Source of the DNA: a virus
Taxonomy: Duplodnaviria > Heunggongvirae > Uroviricota > Caudoviricetes
Direction: 5' to 3' (one strand)
Virus record (IMG/VR): IMGVR_UViG_3300021255_002251
DNA: 64,000 nt
Shown piece by piece: positions 1 through 9,599 of the stretch (position 1 is its first letter; each line of letters starts with the position of its first letter). The notes below the pieces were generated by a model. The model saw only the letters and a list, made by a program, of their open reading frames with translations, was not told where the DNA came from and made no database searches. Made by a program: the position numbers and the translations under genes.

Positions 1-915
1 GCTCTGTCCAATGCAGCAGGCAATCTTGCAATACACCGTCTCCCTCTCTGGATTGCTAAGAAGTTCCTTCAATGCGAAATAACGGGCAGCGATGTTCAAT
101 GTCACATCTGCCTTTGTGGCATCTTTGCCCCATGGCGAGCCGCCTCCGATTGGGCAGTTCAACCCATAGAAGTCTACCGCCAACTTCCTGCCAACAACTC
201 CAGCATCACCTACGGAAGAATGAATCACATATGCCCCCGTCCCATTGATGAGCAGTTCGTCGCAAGCATGATGATGCTCCGAAAGAACATCATGAACAAT
301 GTCGGCAACAAACTGCTTGGACACCGCCTCTTTCTCTGGGAGCATTGGAGCGGCCACAACAACCTGTTCTGCATTAAGGCCATCGGTAAGAGACACGAGA
401 ACCTTGATGTCAAGTCCAATCGGTGCCTCTCCCTTCAATGCGGCATTGTAGAGCCGTCTGCCGATTTCATGAGAGAAGTAGCGGTCTCGTGGCATATAGC
501 CGTAGTCTGCGCTTCTGCCATTCGTTGTGGCCATTCCCATGAAGCACCCCTGATCGCCCCAGCCTTCCCTATCCACTCCCTGCGCAATGTTAGGAGACTG
601 CTGCCCGATGAAGTTGTTCACGATGACATGGTCGGCATTGAGCGTGGCATCCTTAGGCCACTTCGCCGCATATTCCGCAGTGTAGCCTACCTTCCGAATC
701 GCCTCCTTCACATGGAAAGCGAGTTCGCTAGTTGTTGGCTCCCAAGTCGAAGTCACCTCACCAGCAAGGTTGCAGATATGGTCTTTCAACTGGACTTCGA
801 GCGCAAACCTCGTCTTGGGGTCGTGCTTGATGTACTCATCCAGCAGATACGATGCAATCGCATCTGAGCAACGATCGGGGTGACCGAGACTACAGTATTC
901 GCTACAACTTTTCAC
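1..915 (-). CDS. metK: S-adenosylmethionine synthetase (MetK), N-terminal ~305 aa; C-terminus lies beyond the window start
   Basis: Own translation of the minus strand from a GTG at 915 (AAGGA-like RBS upstream). It reads ..KSCSEYCSLGHPDRCSDAIASYLLDEYIKHDPKTRFALEVQ.. then ..GQQSPNIAQGVDRE.. then ..GRKLAVDFYG..GGGSPWGKDATKADVTLNIAARY.. These match MetK hallmark segments (GHPDK, GKQSPDINQGVDR, GGGAFSGKD). No stop before position 1. It was not in the ORF track because it is partial with a GTG start. Confidence 0.6.
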   Translation of the reverse strand, partial: MKSCSEYCSLGHPDRCSDAIASYLLDEYIKHDPKTRFALEVQLKDHICNLAGEVTSTWEPTTSELAFHVKEAIRKVGYTAEYAAKWPKDATLNADHVIVNNFIGQQSPNIAQGVDREGWGDQGCFMGMATTNGRSADYGYMPRDRYFSHEIGRRLYNAALKGEAPIGLDIKVLVSLTDGLNAEQVVVAAPMLPEKEAVSKQFVADIVHDVLSEHHHACDELLINGTGAYVIHSSVGDAGVVGRKLAVDFYGLNCPIGGGSPWGKDATKADVTLNIAARYFALKELLSNPERETVYCKIACCIGQS

Positions 916-941
916 TTCTTTGTTTTCCTTTTCTTTTATGA

Positions 942-1157
942 CTAGAGTTTCTTCCAAGCCTGTACCGCATCATAGAGCCATCCTACGATGCAAAGGACGA
1001 TAGCCAATGGCCAAACGGAGGCAATCAATGCGGAGTTCAGAACCCCTAGCATGACCTTCCCATGTAGAATGTCCTTCTTGTAAACCTTGCCTATGACTAG
1101 TCCTATGATGAATAGAAGTCCCGCAACGGCAAGATAGCAAATAACAGCGGTTCGCAT
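942..1157 (-). CDS. small hydrophobic protein (2 predicted TM helices)
   Basis: Internal Met of the 942..1319 ORF (MRTAVICYLAVAGLLFIIGLVIG..); strongly hydrophobic. The N-terminal part of the listed 125-aa ORF overlaps another-frame membrane ORF. Confidence 0.3.
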   Translation of the reverse strand: MRTAVICYLAVAGLLFIIGLVIGKVYKKDILHGKVMLGVLNSALIASVWPLAIVLCIVGWLYDAVQAWKKL

Positions 1158-1164
1158 TGGATTC

Positions 1165-1353
1165 TCAAAAGCTCCTGGACTTGATCCAGAGAATGATGAT
1201 GAATGGGAGCACGATAGGCCAAAGGGTGATGGCCATCTTTCTTCCCTGGGCATTCTCTCTCGTCTGGTCGGGATTGCCATACTTGGCATCCATGTAAGCA
1301 TAGATTGCGGCTGTCGCAATCGCTCCTATGATGTATACGATTATCCAAAACAT
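1165..1353 (-). CDS. small membrane protein (62 aa, 2 TM)
   Basis: MFWIIVYIIGAIATAAIYAY..LWPIVLPFIIILWI is hydrophobic. Sits immediately downstream of promoter 1389..1428. Confidence 0.35.
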   Translation of the reverse strand: MFWIIVYIIGAIATAAIYAYMDAKYGNPDQTRENAQGRKMAITLWPIVLPFIIILWIKSRSF

Positions 1354-1388
1354 TGTATTCTTTTCCTTGTTTGTCCTTGACGCCGAGT

Positions 1389-1428
1389 ATTATACTCTAC
1401 TTTGCCGTAGGCTGTAAAGGGGGTGTAG
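1389..1428 (-). promoter_or_regulatory. sigma70-type promoter, minus strand: TTTACA (1413-1418), 18 nt, extended -10 GAGTATAAT (1389-1394), preceded by GGGGGTGTAG box
   Basis: Minus strand reads CTACACCCCCTTTACAGCCTACGGCAAAGTAGAGTATAAT. It belongs to a family of seven near-identical promoters in this window. Confidence 0.55.
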
Positions 1429-1435
1429 AAGCTTC

Positions 1436-2101
1436 CTAGTTCTTTTTCTCACCACCATCTTCAATTATTGGCTTCGTCTTTGTCTTGAGTACCAAATCGG
1501 GGACTCTTAGAATCGTCCTAGCGATAATCTCCGCATGATCGAAGGCAAGTTTGGTTGCCGTATCGAACTTGATTTCCGTGGCAACCAGCCCAAGCCTATC
1601 TCTGGTGAAACTGGCTTTGAACTCTATGCCAATCTTCTTTGCTGCGCACCAGAGGCTTACGGAAAGCGCACCGTTGATTTCGCTAAAATTTCCCTTTAGC
1701 CTGAACAGGCCGATGTCCTTCGCATCGTCACCGGCCTTGATAGGTAGAGGTTCCTCCTCCCTTGACATCATCACAGTAAGATAGGCATTAGAAATCACCC
1801 GACCTCTCGGGTCTCTGTCCACCCTAGAAAACGTCCCTACTGGGGCAAGCATCTTTGCTAGAAGCCCCGTCTCTTCCTTGAGTTCCCTTACCGCACACTC
1901 CTCCAGCGTTTCGTTCTCCTCGAGAAATCCTCCTGGGAGCGCCCAGCAGTCTGGGTAGGCGTCACTATTGCTAGACCTCTTGATTAGCAGGATATTGATG
2001 AATGTCCCATCATCCCTATGCTCCGCCAGACGGCTATCAACCACCACAATGTCAGCCGTGACGGACGGCTTCCAGTATTCCTTCTTCACTTCTTCTGCCA
2101 T
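1436..2101 (-). CDS. NUDIX hydrolase
   Basis: Nudix box GGFLEENETLEECAVRELKEETGL (GX5EX7REUXEEXGU). Confidence 0.8.
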   Translation of the reverse strand: MAEEVKKEYWKPSVTADIVVVDSRLAEHRDDGTFINILLIKRSSNSDAYPDCWALPGGFLEENETLEECAVRELKEETGLLAKMLAPVGTFSRVDRDPRGRVISNAYLTVMMSREEEPLPIKAGDDAKDIGLFRLKGNFSEINGALSVSLWCAAKKIGIEFKASFTRDRLGLVATEIKFDTATKLAFDHAEIIARTILRVPDLVLKTKTKPIIEDGGEKKN

Positions 2102-2136
2102 TGTGCTTCAATCCTTTCTACGGTTAGGCAGCTGAT

Positions 2137-2166
2137 ATTATAGCACAAGTCAGATTCGGCTTTCAA
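2137..2166 (-). promoter_or_regulatory. sigma70-type promoter: TTGAAA (2161-2166), 18 nt, TGCTATAAT (2137-2142)
   Basis: Minus strand reads TTGAAAGCCGAATCTGACTTGTGCTATAAT, directly upstream of the NUDIX start at 2101. Confidence 0.55.
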
Positions 2167-2438
2167 GAGCCTCTAGGCTTTCTGGCAACTATTCTTCCGA
2201 AGAAATCCTCTAGGAAGTCTCCGAACATTACGATGAGGCACAATGGCCAAAAGAACGATGCGACAAAACCTAGAAGGAACTGCGGATTGTTCTCACCTAA
2301 GAAACTCTTAACTTCGTCATAGCAAATCCAAGCGAAGAAAATAAGGAAACCTATGCCATACAACAAGACATACCACCACATCTGTGTCACTCCAATTCCT
2401 GCTTCACATGCCAAATCCTGACACCGAACTCTCCCCAC
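2163..2438 (-). CDS. small membrane protein
   Basis: Hydrophobic segments WWYVLLYGIGFLIFFAWICY and FLLGFVASFFWPLCLIVMF. The true start may be the internal Met. Confidence 0.3.
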   Translation of the reverse strand: MGRVRCQDLACEAGIGVTQMWWYVLLYGIGFLIFFAWICYDEVKSFLGENNPQFLLGFVASFFWPLCLIVMFGDFLEDFFGRIVARKPRGS

Positions 2439-2890
2439 ACGACTTTATAGAATCCATCGGGAATCTTAACTCTTCCCATAAAATTAGTATTGCCCGGAAG
2501 AAACTCAGGGAATGTCAACACATGCACTTCTGATACCTTTGCCAGTTCGCGCACATTGTGCTCTATCTGCGCCCATTCGCCTCTGTTCAATGTCGGCAAC
2601 TGTGGACATATGTTGGAGAACCGATAAGTCTCCGAGAGTGCGCTTCTGCTAAAGTTAAAGTCGGCGGCTGGCGCCATATGCCCTCTGTCGAATCCGCTCT
2701 TGCCATAGTCGAGTGCATTGTCGCTCTCCTGAACTCTTGGGTCGGTGGAGAATCCGTGAGGGAGACGATTCGTGACAACAATGTTGGAAGGTGAAATTTC
2801 ATAATATACCCACGAAGGGCATCTCGTCGAAGTGTCGAATGCGGCAGTAAAGGCTAGGTTTGTGAGCAGCACTATACTAGTGAACAACAT
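2387..2890 (-). CDS. secreted DNA/RNA non-specific endonuclease (Serratia-nuclease / Endonuclease_NS family)
   Basis: N-terminal signal peptide MLFTSIVLLTNLAFTAAF. DRGHMAPAADF active-site motif (RGH) and a downstream N residue are typical of the family. Confidence 0.65.
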   Translation of the reverse strand: MLFTSIVLLTNLAFTAAFDTSTRCPSWVYYEISPSNIVVTNRLPHGFSTDPRVQESDNALDYGKSGFDRGHMAPAADFNFSRSALSETYRFSNICPQLPTLNRGEWAQIEHNVRELAKVSEVHVLTFPEFLPGNTNFMGRVKIPDGFYKVVWGEFGVRIWHVKQELE

Positions 2891-2972
2891 TTCGTACTCC
2901 TTTTTGTATGTTGAAAGAGCGGCATCGTATAGACACCGCCCTTCTAATAGTTATTTTTTTAGCATCAGACAG

Positions 2973-3290
2973 CTACTTGCCCCTCTGTGCCTTGAGAGCA
3001 TTCACGGCAAGTTCCCGCAGACAGTTGATGACCGATTCGCAGAGAGTTTTCCCTATTTGCTTCCCGTATTCTAGCATTTTCTCATTGAAGAGAGTTGCCT
3101 TCTCCTTGTTAGAGATGTCATCTCTCAATGCGAGTTCGCGGACAAACTTCAAGGCCTTCTCCTGCAAGTCCAAGTCGGCTATCTGTGCTGCAACGGCAGA
3201 CACCCCCGCCTTGAATAGCATAACAAAGAGGATTCCAATCTTTTCCTTGGTGAAGAGACCGACAAACCAAGCCCATAGTGCCGCCAACAT
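2973..3290 (-). CDS. hypothetical protein
   Basis: ORF only, with a hydrophobic N-terminus. Confidence 0.3.
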   Translation of the reverse strand: MLAALWAWFVGLFTKEKIGILFVMLFKAGVSAVAAQIADLDLQEKALKFVRELALRDDISNKEKATLFNEKMLEYGKQIGKTLCESVINCLRELAVNALKAQRGK

Positions 3291-3323
3291 GGTTAGCTCT
3301 CCTTTCGTGCTTGCGGATACCGA

Positions 3324-3902
3324 TTAGTTGCCCTTCATCGTCTGGTCTAGAAGCCCGATGTTAAGCAGACAGTTCTGCGAAATCTGGTCGAGTACCGCAA
3401 CCGTGCCAGACTTCAAATCAGGATAGTTGTTCTTGATAGCCTCAATCTTGTGCATTGTCTGCAGGCAGATGTTCATGAGGCCACCAATGAAATACTTGTC
3501 GTCCGAAGGATACATCACCTCAATGCCTACCGCATTTGCACATACTTCCTTCATCCGAGGAGGTGTGATTCCCCTCTCGCCCATGAAGTAGATTTCGGCT
3601 ATCTTGTCGGTCTCGTCGGCGAGCTGCCAAGTGAGATCGCCTAACTGGTGAAGCCCATAGAAAGCCTTGCCCTTGCACCGATAGTGCATATCCTTTGCGC
3701 ACATCCCGATGCACTTCAGATAAGCCATAAGGTCGGTCATCTCCGCATCGGGGAAGGCAGGAGCAGGTGGAATTGCCTCAATGGGTGGGGTAAGCCCCAC
3801 GGGTGCGACAGGCGCTTCTGGCGCAACAACTATCGTCTCCACTGCTGCGGGGGATTCTCCGAGCAGATAACCAGCCAAATCAGTCTTGATGTTGTCAGGC
3901 AT
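3324..3902 (-). CDS. hypothetical protein
   Basis: 192-aa ORF in the minus-strand gene train; Pro/Ala-rich N-terminus. Confidence 0.4.
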   Translation of the reverse strand: MPDNIKTDLAGYLLGESPAAVETIVVAPEAPVAPVGLTPPIEAIPPAPAFPDAEMTDLMAYLKCIGMCAKDMHYRCKGKAFYGLHQLGDLTWQLADETDKIAEIYFMGERGITPPRMKEVCANAVGIEVMYPSDDKYFIGGLMNICLQTMHKIEAIKNNYPDLKSGTVAVLDQISQNCLLNIGLLDQTMKGN

Positions 3903-4091
3903 TTCTTGTTACCTCACTTTTGGTTCTTTCGATTACCGTTTTCTTGATTCCTCTTTTGCAATTCCGCAGGCTATCGAGAGTGACCGGCCTTTTTGTGAGT
4001 GAGCATTTAGATTCGTCCACATTGCACAGTCCGCATTCCCTGCAGGACAATTTCTCGCTTGCCATCTGTTTCAGTCCACTTCCTTGCTTTA

Positions 4092-4712
4092 TCAGAATCT
4101 AATAATTGCCTTGCCGACAAGAGAATGTTTCTGGGGCTTTTCACCATCTTCTTTTGGCGGGGTGTCGGGGCAGAAGATTGATGGTTCGGACTTCTCTTTT
4201 ATCTTTATACCTACCCCAGAAGGAAGGTCAAGAGGTAGCATCTGCTTGTCTAAATCCTGTGCCTTTTCCACCTTTGGCTTCCTCACTTGTCTCATTGCTT
4301 TCTGTGCGATAGAGGCAAGCCGTCCGCGCTGGCTCTCATCTAGGTTTAGAACCTCTACGCACTCGCACTCCTTGTAGTTGTCGTAAGGATACCAGTCCTT
4401 CACCCCTATTACGTTGAAAATCTTACCGACATACCTAATCTGGTCTGGCGCCCACTGGATATGAGTGCCGTCTAGGGCTATGCCACGCAGCCAGATAGTA
4501 ACATGCTTCTTGGAGAAGTCAACCCCTTCCGTATGCTCGTTCTGCTCACTTCCGGGCTGCACAATGCCGTACACTTCAACCCACTCCCCGTAGGTTGCCT
4601 CCATTTGCCCATACTTGTTTACCTTCGTTCCTAGATTCTTCCGAATCTGCACGATGGTAGGCGGAATAAGACTTAATGCTATGTCGAGTATGTTGTGGTT
4701 TGCAAAGCTCAT
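4092..4712 (-). CDS. hypothetical protein
   Basis: 206-aa ORF co-oriented with its neighbours. Confidence 0.4.
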   Translation of the reverse strand: MSFANHNILDIALSLIPPTIVQIRKNLGTKVNKYGQMEATYGEWVEVYGIVQPGSEQNEHTEGVDFSKKHVTIWLRGIALDGTHIQWAPDQIRYVGKIFNVIGVKDWYPYDNYKECECVEVLNLDESQRGRLASIAQKAMRQVRKPKVEKAQDLDKQMLPLDLPSGVGIKIKEKSEPSIFCPDTPPKEDGEKPQKHSLVGKAIIRF

Positions 4713-4809
4713 GATGCAAGTCCTATGCTCTTGACAAATGCCAATGTGAACAAAAGCCGCCCCTTTTGGAAAGGAGCGGCCGCCTAGTAGGTTTTGCAGA
4801 GACCGAATA

Positions 4810-5304
4810 CTATCTCAACTTCTTGGTTTTCTTCTCTAAGAGATGAACATAATCTGAAACAACCTTTTCCGCACGGTGTAGTTCCTTCCCAATGTCCTTT
4901 ATGGTAAAGCCCTTTCCACGCAGACGTTCAACCTTGGATTTCTCTTCCACCGAAAGACCATGCCTCTTTGTTGTCACCTGCGTTGGATTCCTCTTATTCA
5001 GTTCATCCGAAGGAGACTTGCCATCATCCGCATACTTCTTCAATGCTTCTCCCCATTCCATCTGCACATCCCAAGCAATGTTTGCCATGCTTTCGAGAAT
5101 GTCAGTGAACTTGCCGATGTCGTCGAAGAATCCCTGCGGTATTCTTCCGCTCTTCTTGATAGACTTGACAGTTGAACAGAACATCCTCAATGCCATAGCA
5201 CCATTATCCTTGATGAGCGTCATCAAGTCCTTCTCTGGGACAGATACGGCATACCGCACCGCAAGCTTGATGTCGTCTTTCTTCTTGTTTTTACCTTTAG
5301 CCAT
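4810..5304 (-). CDS. putative DNA-binding protein with C-terminal helix-turn-helix
   Basis: C-terminal LSVEEKSKVERLRGKGFTIKDIGKELHRAEKVVSDYV resembles a sigma-region-4 / resolvase-type HTH. Confidence 0.4.
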   Translation of the reverse strand: MAKGKNKKKDDIKLAVRYAVSVPEKDLMTLIKDNGAMALRMFCSTVKSIKKSGRIPQGFFDDIGKFTDILESMANIAWDVQMEWGEALKKYADDGKSPSDELNKRNPTQVTTKRHGLSVEEKSKVERLRGKGFTIKDIGKELHRAEKVVSDYVHLLEKKTKKLR

Positions 5305-5338
5305 GTGCGGCCTCCTTGTTTTTGTTTGAGAAACCAGG

Positions 5339-6511
5339 TTAGAAGAATCCGGGCAAAATCCCCGTATTGTCTACCTTCTTTGACTTCTTAGGCATTCCAC
5401 CAACAAGCCTCTCGTCGGTAATGTTCAATCCTTGAGTCCCCTTTGCCTTGTGAAGTTTCTCCTTTAGCGTCTCATTCGCCTTGCGCAGCGCCATCGCCTC
5501 ATTCTCTAGCCTGCGAATCCGCTCGTCCTTCTTCTTCTCCGCATTGGCGGCGGCTCGCTTCTCCGCCTTGATGTATGCGGGAGACAGTTTGCCGTTCTGG
5601 AACTTGTCGCAAGGCTCTTCCGAATTAGGATTCAGAATGAACTTCTTGAACTTCTCCAGCGATTTCTTGTCACGATTGGAAGACACCGCAATTGACATGA
5701 ACACTGGAAACTTCTTGCAGATGTTGATCCATCGTGCATGGGCCGCCTGCTTGGTAATCGACTTGACCTTTCTTGTCTTCGGGTCTACAATCGAATATGG
5801 AAACCAGAGCATCTTGGCGAACTCCGCTATGTTCATTCCTGACATGAGGCAAGACAACAGCAGTTTATCTATGATGTCTAGCGACACGAAGTTGGCGAAC
5901 TCCTTCCGCAACCTGTCCTCTACCTCTGGGGGGAGCATTGTAGATGTCTTGTATTCGCTATTCTCAAAAGCTTCTGGCTCCTCCTTCATCATGAGGTTGA
6001 CATCTGGAGCATGACCATATGCTTTCTCATCGACATCTGGCGCTCTGTGCATCCCTATCCAGTCTGCGCGAGAGAGCACAACGTTATCGTCTGTATGCGT
6101 TGACTTCGCCCTTCCAGAATTTGCTTGACAGTTCCCGCTGTCGAGAGAAACGAACGTCTGTCCATGATTCGACGGGTTATCGTCGTTGGAGACGCTAGAA
6201 CATGTCAGGCACACGACCTGAAATGCCTGACGCAGTTCGTCAATAACCTCTTCCATCTTGTCCGCATCGCTATCTGCGGCTTTTAGAAGGTCGTCTATCC
6301 TAGTGGCCCATTCCTTGTTCAGCCTGTCGATTAAGGCAGGAGACTTGAGGTCTAGCCCCTGGCACTTCGCACAGACTGCTTTGAATACCACCTTAAGATT
6401 GTTTACTGCAGCGATAATCTCCTTTGTCTTCATTCTTCCGAGCGAATTGTCTAGGTTCGCCTGGGTGAAGGCAAATATTACGGGCTGCAGGCAGCATCTT
6501 GAACATTCCAA
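5339..6511 (-). CDS. hypothetical protein (390 aa)
   Basis: Long ORF with no recognisable motifs. Confidence 0.4.
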   Translation of the reverse strand: MECSRCCLQPVIFAFTQANLDNSLGRMKTKEIIAAVNNLKVVFKAVCAKCQGLDLKSPALIDRLNKEWATRIDDLLKAADSDADKMEEVIDELRQAFQVVCLTCSSVSNDDNPSNHGQTFVSLDSGNCQANSGRAKSTHTDDNVVLSRADWIGMHRAPDVDEKAYGHAPDVNLMMKEEPEAFENSEYKTSTMLPPEVEDRLRKEFANFVSLDIIDKLLLSCLMSGMNIAEFAKMLWFPYSIVDPKTRKVKSITKQAAHARWINICKKFPVFMSIAVSSNRDKKSLEKFKKFILNPNSEEPCDKFQNGKLSPAYIKAEKRAAANAEKKKDERIRRLENEAMALRKANETLKEKLHKAKGTQGLNITDERLVGGMPKKSKKVDNTGILPGFF

Positions 6512-6525
6512 TGTAGGTGTCCTCT

Positions 6526-7296
6526 TTACTGTGAGATTGTTTCGCCTCCGTCAGCCATCAGGTCAGAGAGAGGATTTGTCTCTTCTGGTTTTGCGACGGA
6601 AGCACTGAAAAGGGTTGGGGCATCGTGTTCTTCCGTTTCACGATACAGGGCATCGAATTTGGGCTGGAGATTTGTGATCTTTACTACTATGCAAGAAGGG
6701 CCGGTAGTGTATCTCTTGTAAATGTGATAGGTATTGATGAAACTATCGTCCTTCCAGAAACCGGCTCTGGTCATGCTATCTATCAGGCCTTTGCATACAT
6801 TGTCTCCATCTGGCTTCTTGCAATGAGGCCCAATCTTATGACGGAACTTCTTTGGCATGCTCTCTGGATAAGGAAAGAAAAGCCTGAAATCAAGATCTAT
6901 CGGCACTTCTCCCCATCGCCCTGATTTAATAGAATAAGGTTCGAGTGCCGATTGGAATGTCTGTTCTGCTTTTCTTTGCTTTGGCTTTGTGAAGAAATGT
7001 ACATGCCCACCTTTGTCTACAAATGCGCCTTTGCCCTGTGCAGTAGGAATAGCACCTGGATTGACGGACAGAATGATTTTAACCTCATTCCCATCTTCCG
7101 ACACCCTAACTGACTTCACGAGACTTGCTGCCATGTCTGGAGTGAGGGTCTTCTTCTTCGCCCTTTGTTTTGGAGATAGTTGCGGCTGGGGATTGTCATG
7201 GCAAACAACCAAATCGCCAATCTGGGATTTTACCTTCTCCAGATTGGCTCTTGTTGCCGCTGACATCAGCATCGGGTTTATTCGTGGTGCTGGCAT
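6526..7296 (-). CDS. RusA-like Holliday junction resolvase (C-terminal domain) with N-terminal extension
   Basis: KKPDGDNVCKGLIDSMTRAGFWKDDSFI matches the RusA signature [27 protein letters not shown]. Confidence 0.65.
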   Translation of the reverse strand: MPAPRINPMLMSAATRANLEKVKSQIGDLVVCHDNPQPQLSPKQRAKKKTLTPDMAASLVKSVRVSEDGNEVKIILSVNPGAIPTAQGKGAFVDKGGHVHFFTKPKQRKAEQTFQSALEPYSIKSGRWGEVPIDLDFRLFFPYPESMPKKFRHKIGPHCKKPDGDNVCKGLIDSMTRAGFWKDDSFINTYHIYKRYTTGPSCIVVKITNLQPKFDALYRETEEHDAPTLFSASVAKPEETNPLSDLMADGGETISQ

Positions 7297-7303
7297 AGTT
7301 TGA

Positions 7304-7963
7304 TTACTTTACTATCCCCTGTTCAACGTGAGCTAGTCGAGAAGCATTTGCGGAATTATACTTATCTATAGCAGTCGTTATGCAGAAAGAAATCAATGTC
7401 ACCAAAGCACCAATAGCAATGCTTCTCCATAAGAATCTCGACCTGCGAACCTTCTGCGCGGAATCATAGCAGTCTTCGAGCGTTTTTCCAGTCTCCATAA
7501 TGGTGTCCATCGCCTTCTTCAATGTTGAAAGCCCCTTTGCGCATTCGGCCTTTTCTATTGATAGACTCTTTGTCAAGGCATCTACTACATCTTCAGAATA
7601 GTAGCATAGCCCATCTATGTTGATAGACCGTGGCTTATGATAGCATACGGACTTTAGGAAATTAGTTGCAGTCCGTTCCTTCATATCCTCTAGCCGTCCC
7701 TCGAAGTCTTTGTCTGGAGGAGGAACATCATCCTTCACGATGCGAATCTTCACTGTATTCTCATCTTCCTTCTGCTTGCGGGTTCTCTTTGGCTTCTTGT
7801 CGTGAGTGCAAGTCTTGTCTGGGTTCGGAATAAAATGCCCCTTCTCATCACGAAGTCTACCTGTAGCATCTGTGCAGGTCTTACGATCTTCAGAAGACAC
7901 TTCATTTACTTTTACATCTTCCGAAGCAGTCGGTTCTTGTTTTGTCTCAATTATCTCGTCCAT
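7304..7963 (-). CDS. hypothetical protein with C-terminal TM helix
   Basis: C-terminal WRSIAIGALVTLISFCITTAI. Confidence 0.4.
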   Translation of the reverse strand: MDEIIETKQEPTASEDVKVNEVSSEDRKTCTDATGRLRDEKGHFIPNPDKTCTHDKKPKRTRKQKEDENTVKIRIVKDDVPPPDKDFEGRLEDMKERTATNFLKSVCYHKPRSINIDGLCYYSEDVVDALTKSLSIEKAECAKGLSTLKKAMDTIMETGKTLEDCYDSAQKVRRSRFLWRSIAIGALVTLISFCITTAIDKYNSANASRLAHVEQGIVK

Positions 7964-7981
7964 TGTTTTTCTCCTTTAAAG

Positions 7982-8575
7982 TCAAATCATAGACTTGCAC
8001 TTCCCGCAAGGTCTCAATTCTGGACATCTTTCTCCTGTCCACCAACATTCTGGACGGCATGCTTCTGCAACTATTGGGTCTACTTTCTTAATCGCATCTA
8101 CTATTGCATTCCACACCTTTCTGGTATCTGGATCTGCTTTTTGGCACAATCTCCTTCGGGACACAAAACGAATCGCATCTGCATTTATCAACATTCCCAT
8201 CAACACTGTGGTATCTTGTCTCGCAGCTTTCCTATCGTATTTGTCTTGTCTGTCGTTCCGTTGAGACCCACATGCAAAAGTAATTCCCTCATGATGCCGA
8301 GTAATATGTCCTTGTACAAAGTACGGACACCTAACCTGAATGAAAAATTCCAACCCTCGAATAGACGAATGAGGAGCAAACATCATTTTCCTTTTCCATT
8401 CATCAGATGGCATCTTATGAATTGGAAGTTTCCCTTGAGTTGCCCGTGCCATGTCATAAACCAGTGGCCAATCTGTCACCTTTTCGCATGTCACAACCTC
8501 TACTGGAGAGGTTTCTGGTGATTCTTCTTGCATTTTTCTCCTATTTTTCCATTCGGGAAAGATATTATCACACAA
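7982..8575 (-). CDS. thyX: flavin-dependent thymidylate synthase ThyX-like
   Basis: EFFIQVRCPYFVQGHITRHHEGITFACGSQRN aligns to the ThyX core [30 protein letters not shown] (RHR-x7-S motif). The downstream NADAIRFVSRRR...VWNAIVDAI aligns to NARSLMNFLNLR...EIQQYALAI. Confidence 0.5.
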   Translation of the reverse strand: MCDNIFPEWKNRRKMQEESPETSPVEVVTCEKVTDWPLVYDMARATQGKLPIHKMPSDEWKRKMMFAPHSSIRGLEFFIQVRCPYFVQGHITRHHEGITFACGSQRNDRQDKYDRKAARQDTTVLMGMLINADAIRFVSRRRLCQKADPDTRKVWNAIVDAIKKVDPIVAEACRPECWWTGERCPELRPCGKCKSMI

Positions 8576-8609
8576 AGATCATCTATGCAAGCGGTTTTCT
8601 ATGTTTTTT

Positions 8610-9170
8610 TTATTTTTTTTCTTGTTCTAATTCTTTGACTATCTTTGCCGTTTTGGATTTTCTGATTATCCGTACAGTTACTAATTTTCTTGTTCTGTCT
8701 CTCTTTAAGTCTGTTACTGCATTCCAGTTTCGCCATCCAAGTAGCCGTATACCAGTATACTCGATTTCCTTCCTTACCTTATCATAATCTAGCAAAGTTA
8801 GAATCTTTCTGTAAACCAAATCGCACACCAAACGAAACTTCCACTTGCAATCGTACAAGGCATCATGGACGATTGCTGCAAGAAGCCTAGGCATCTCGAA
8901 TGGAAACCCGATGAGATAGTCGAGCATCTCCTTGTAGTCCTTCCCTGGATAATGCTTTGCGATAATCTTGCAAGCATATTCCACGAACTTGCTTGATTCT
9001 AATGCTTCCTTTGGAACTGTAGCCCCATCTGTCTCATATCCCTCTTTGACATAAACCATAAGGGAATACCCTAGCCACAAGCCAACAAAAGTAAGATGGG
9101 GTTCTAGCAATGTAACAATGCCTTCTTCATTGGGACATGAGAGATTCGGTTCTTGTGGGAAGATTGTCAT
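8610..9170 (-). CDS. hypothetical protein
   Basis: ORF; contains DGATVPK...VHDALYD. Confidence 0.4.
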   Translation of the reverse strand: MTIFPQEPNLSCPNEEGIVTLLEPHLTFVGLWLGYSLMVYVKEGYETDGATVPKEALESSKFVEYACKIIAKHYPGKDYKEMLDYLIGFPFEMPRLLAAIVHDALYDCKWKFRLVCDLVYRKILTLLDYDKVRKEIEYTGIRLLGWRNWNAVTDLKRDRTRKLVTVRIIRKSKTAKIVKELEQEKK

Positions 9171-9197
9171 TTGTCAGTAATCAACCTTTTCTTATAC

Positions 9198-9599
9198 CTA
9201 AAGTTCTGCGCTAGATAGCAGGGTTTCTACTTGAGCATCTGTCCATTCTAGTTCTTGTTGCAATAGTTGCTTCCCTTGCTTGAAGAAAACATTAGTGTCT
9301 GAAAAGTCCTGTGCCGCGAGAAACAAATCGTACAAGTCCCGCTGCTCTAGAAGAGTTTTAACGGAATCCCATACATTAGCCGCCTTCAATGCAGCAACTA
9401 TACGAAGTTTAGAGAATGTTCGCCCTTGTGGCTTTGTGGACGTTGGAATGTATTCATCCGTCTCCACATATGTACGATGGGCATCTGCTGGATCATATGC
9501 CTCTTCATACAACCCTTCTGGATACCCTCCGCGAATCATTAACCCTTTATCAGAGTAAGCGCGAATTACTCCGCTAGAAACTTCTTCATAGACTACCAT
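9198..9599 (-). CDS. hypothetical protein
   Basis: ORF directly upstream of the tail-fibre genes. Confidence 0.4.
   Translation of the reverse strand: MVVYEEVSSGVIRAYSDKGLMIRGGYPEGLYEEAYDPADAHRTYVETDEYIPTSTKPQGRTFSKLRIVAALKAANVWDSVKTLLEQRDLYDLFLAAQDFSDTNVFFKQGKQLLQQELEWTDAQVETLLSSAEL

Noticed and set aside
220-867. 215-aa plus-strand ORF at the window start
   Set aside because: It is antisense to the MetK reading frame, which has strong family motifs. Every credible gene in the window is on the minus strand.
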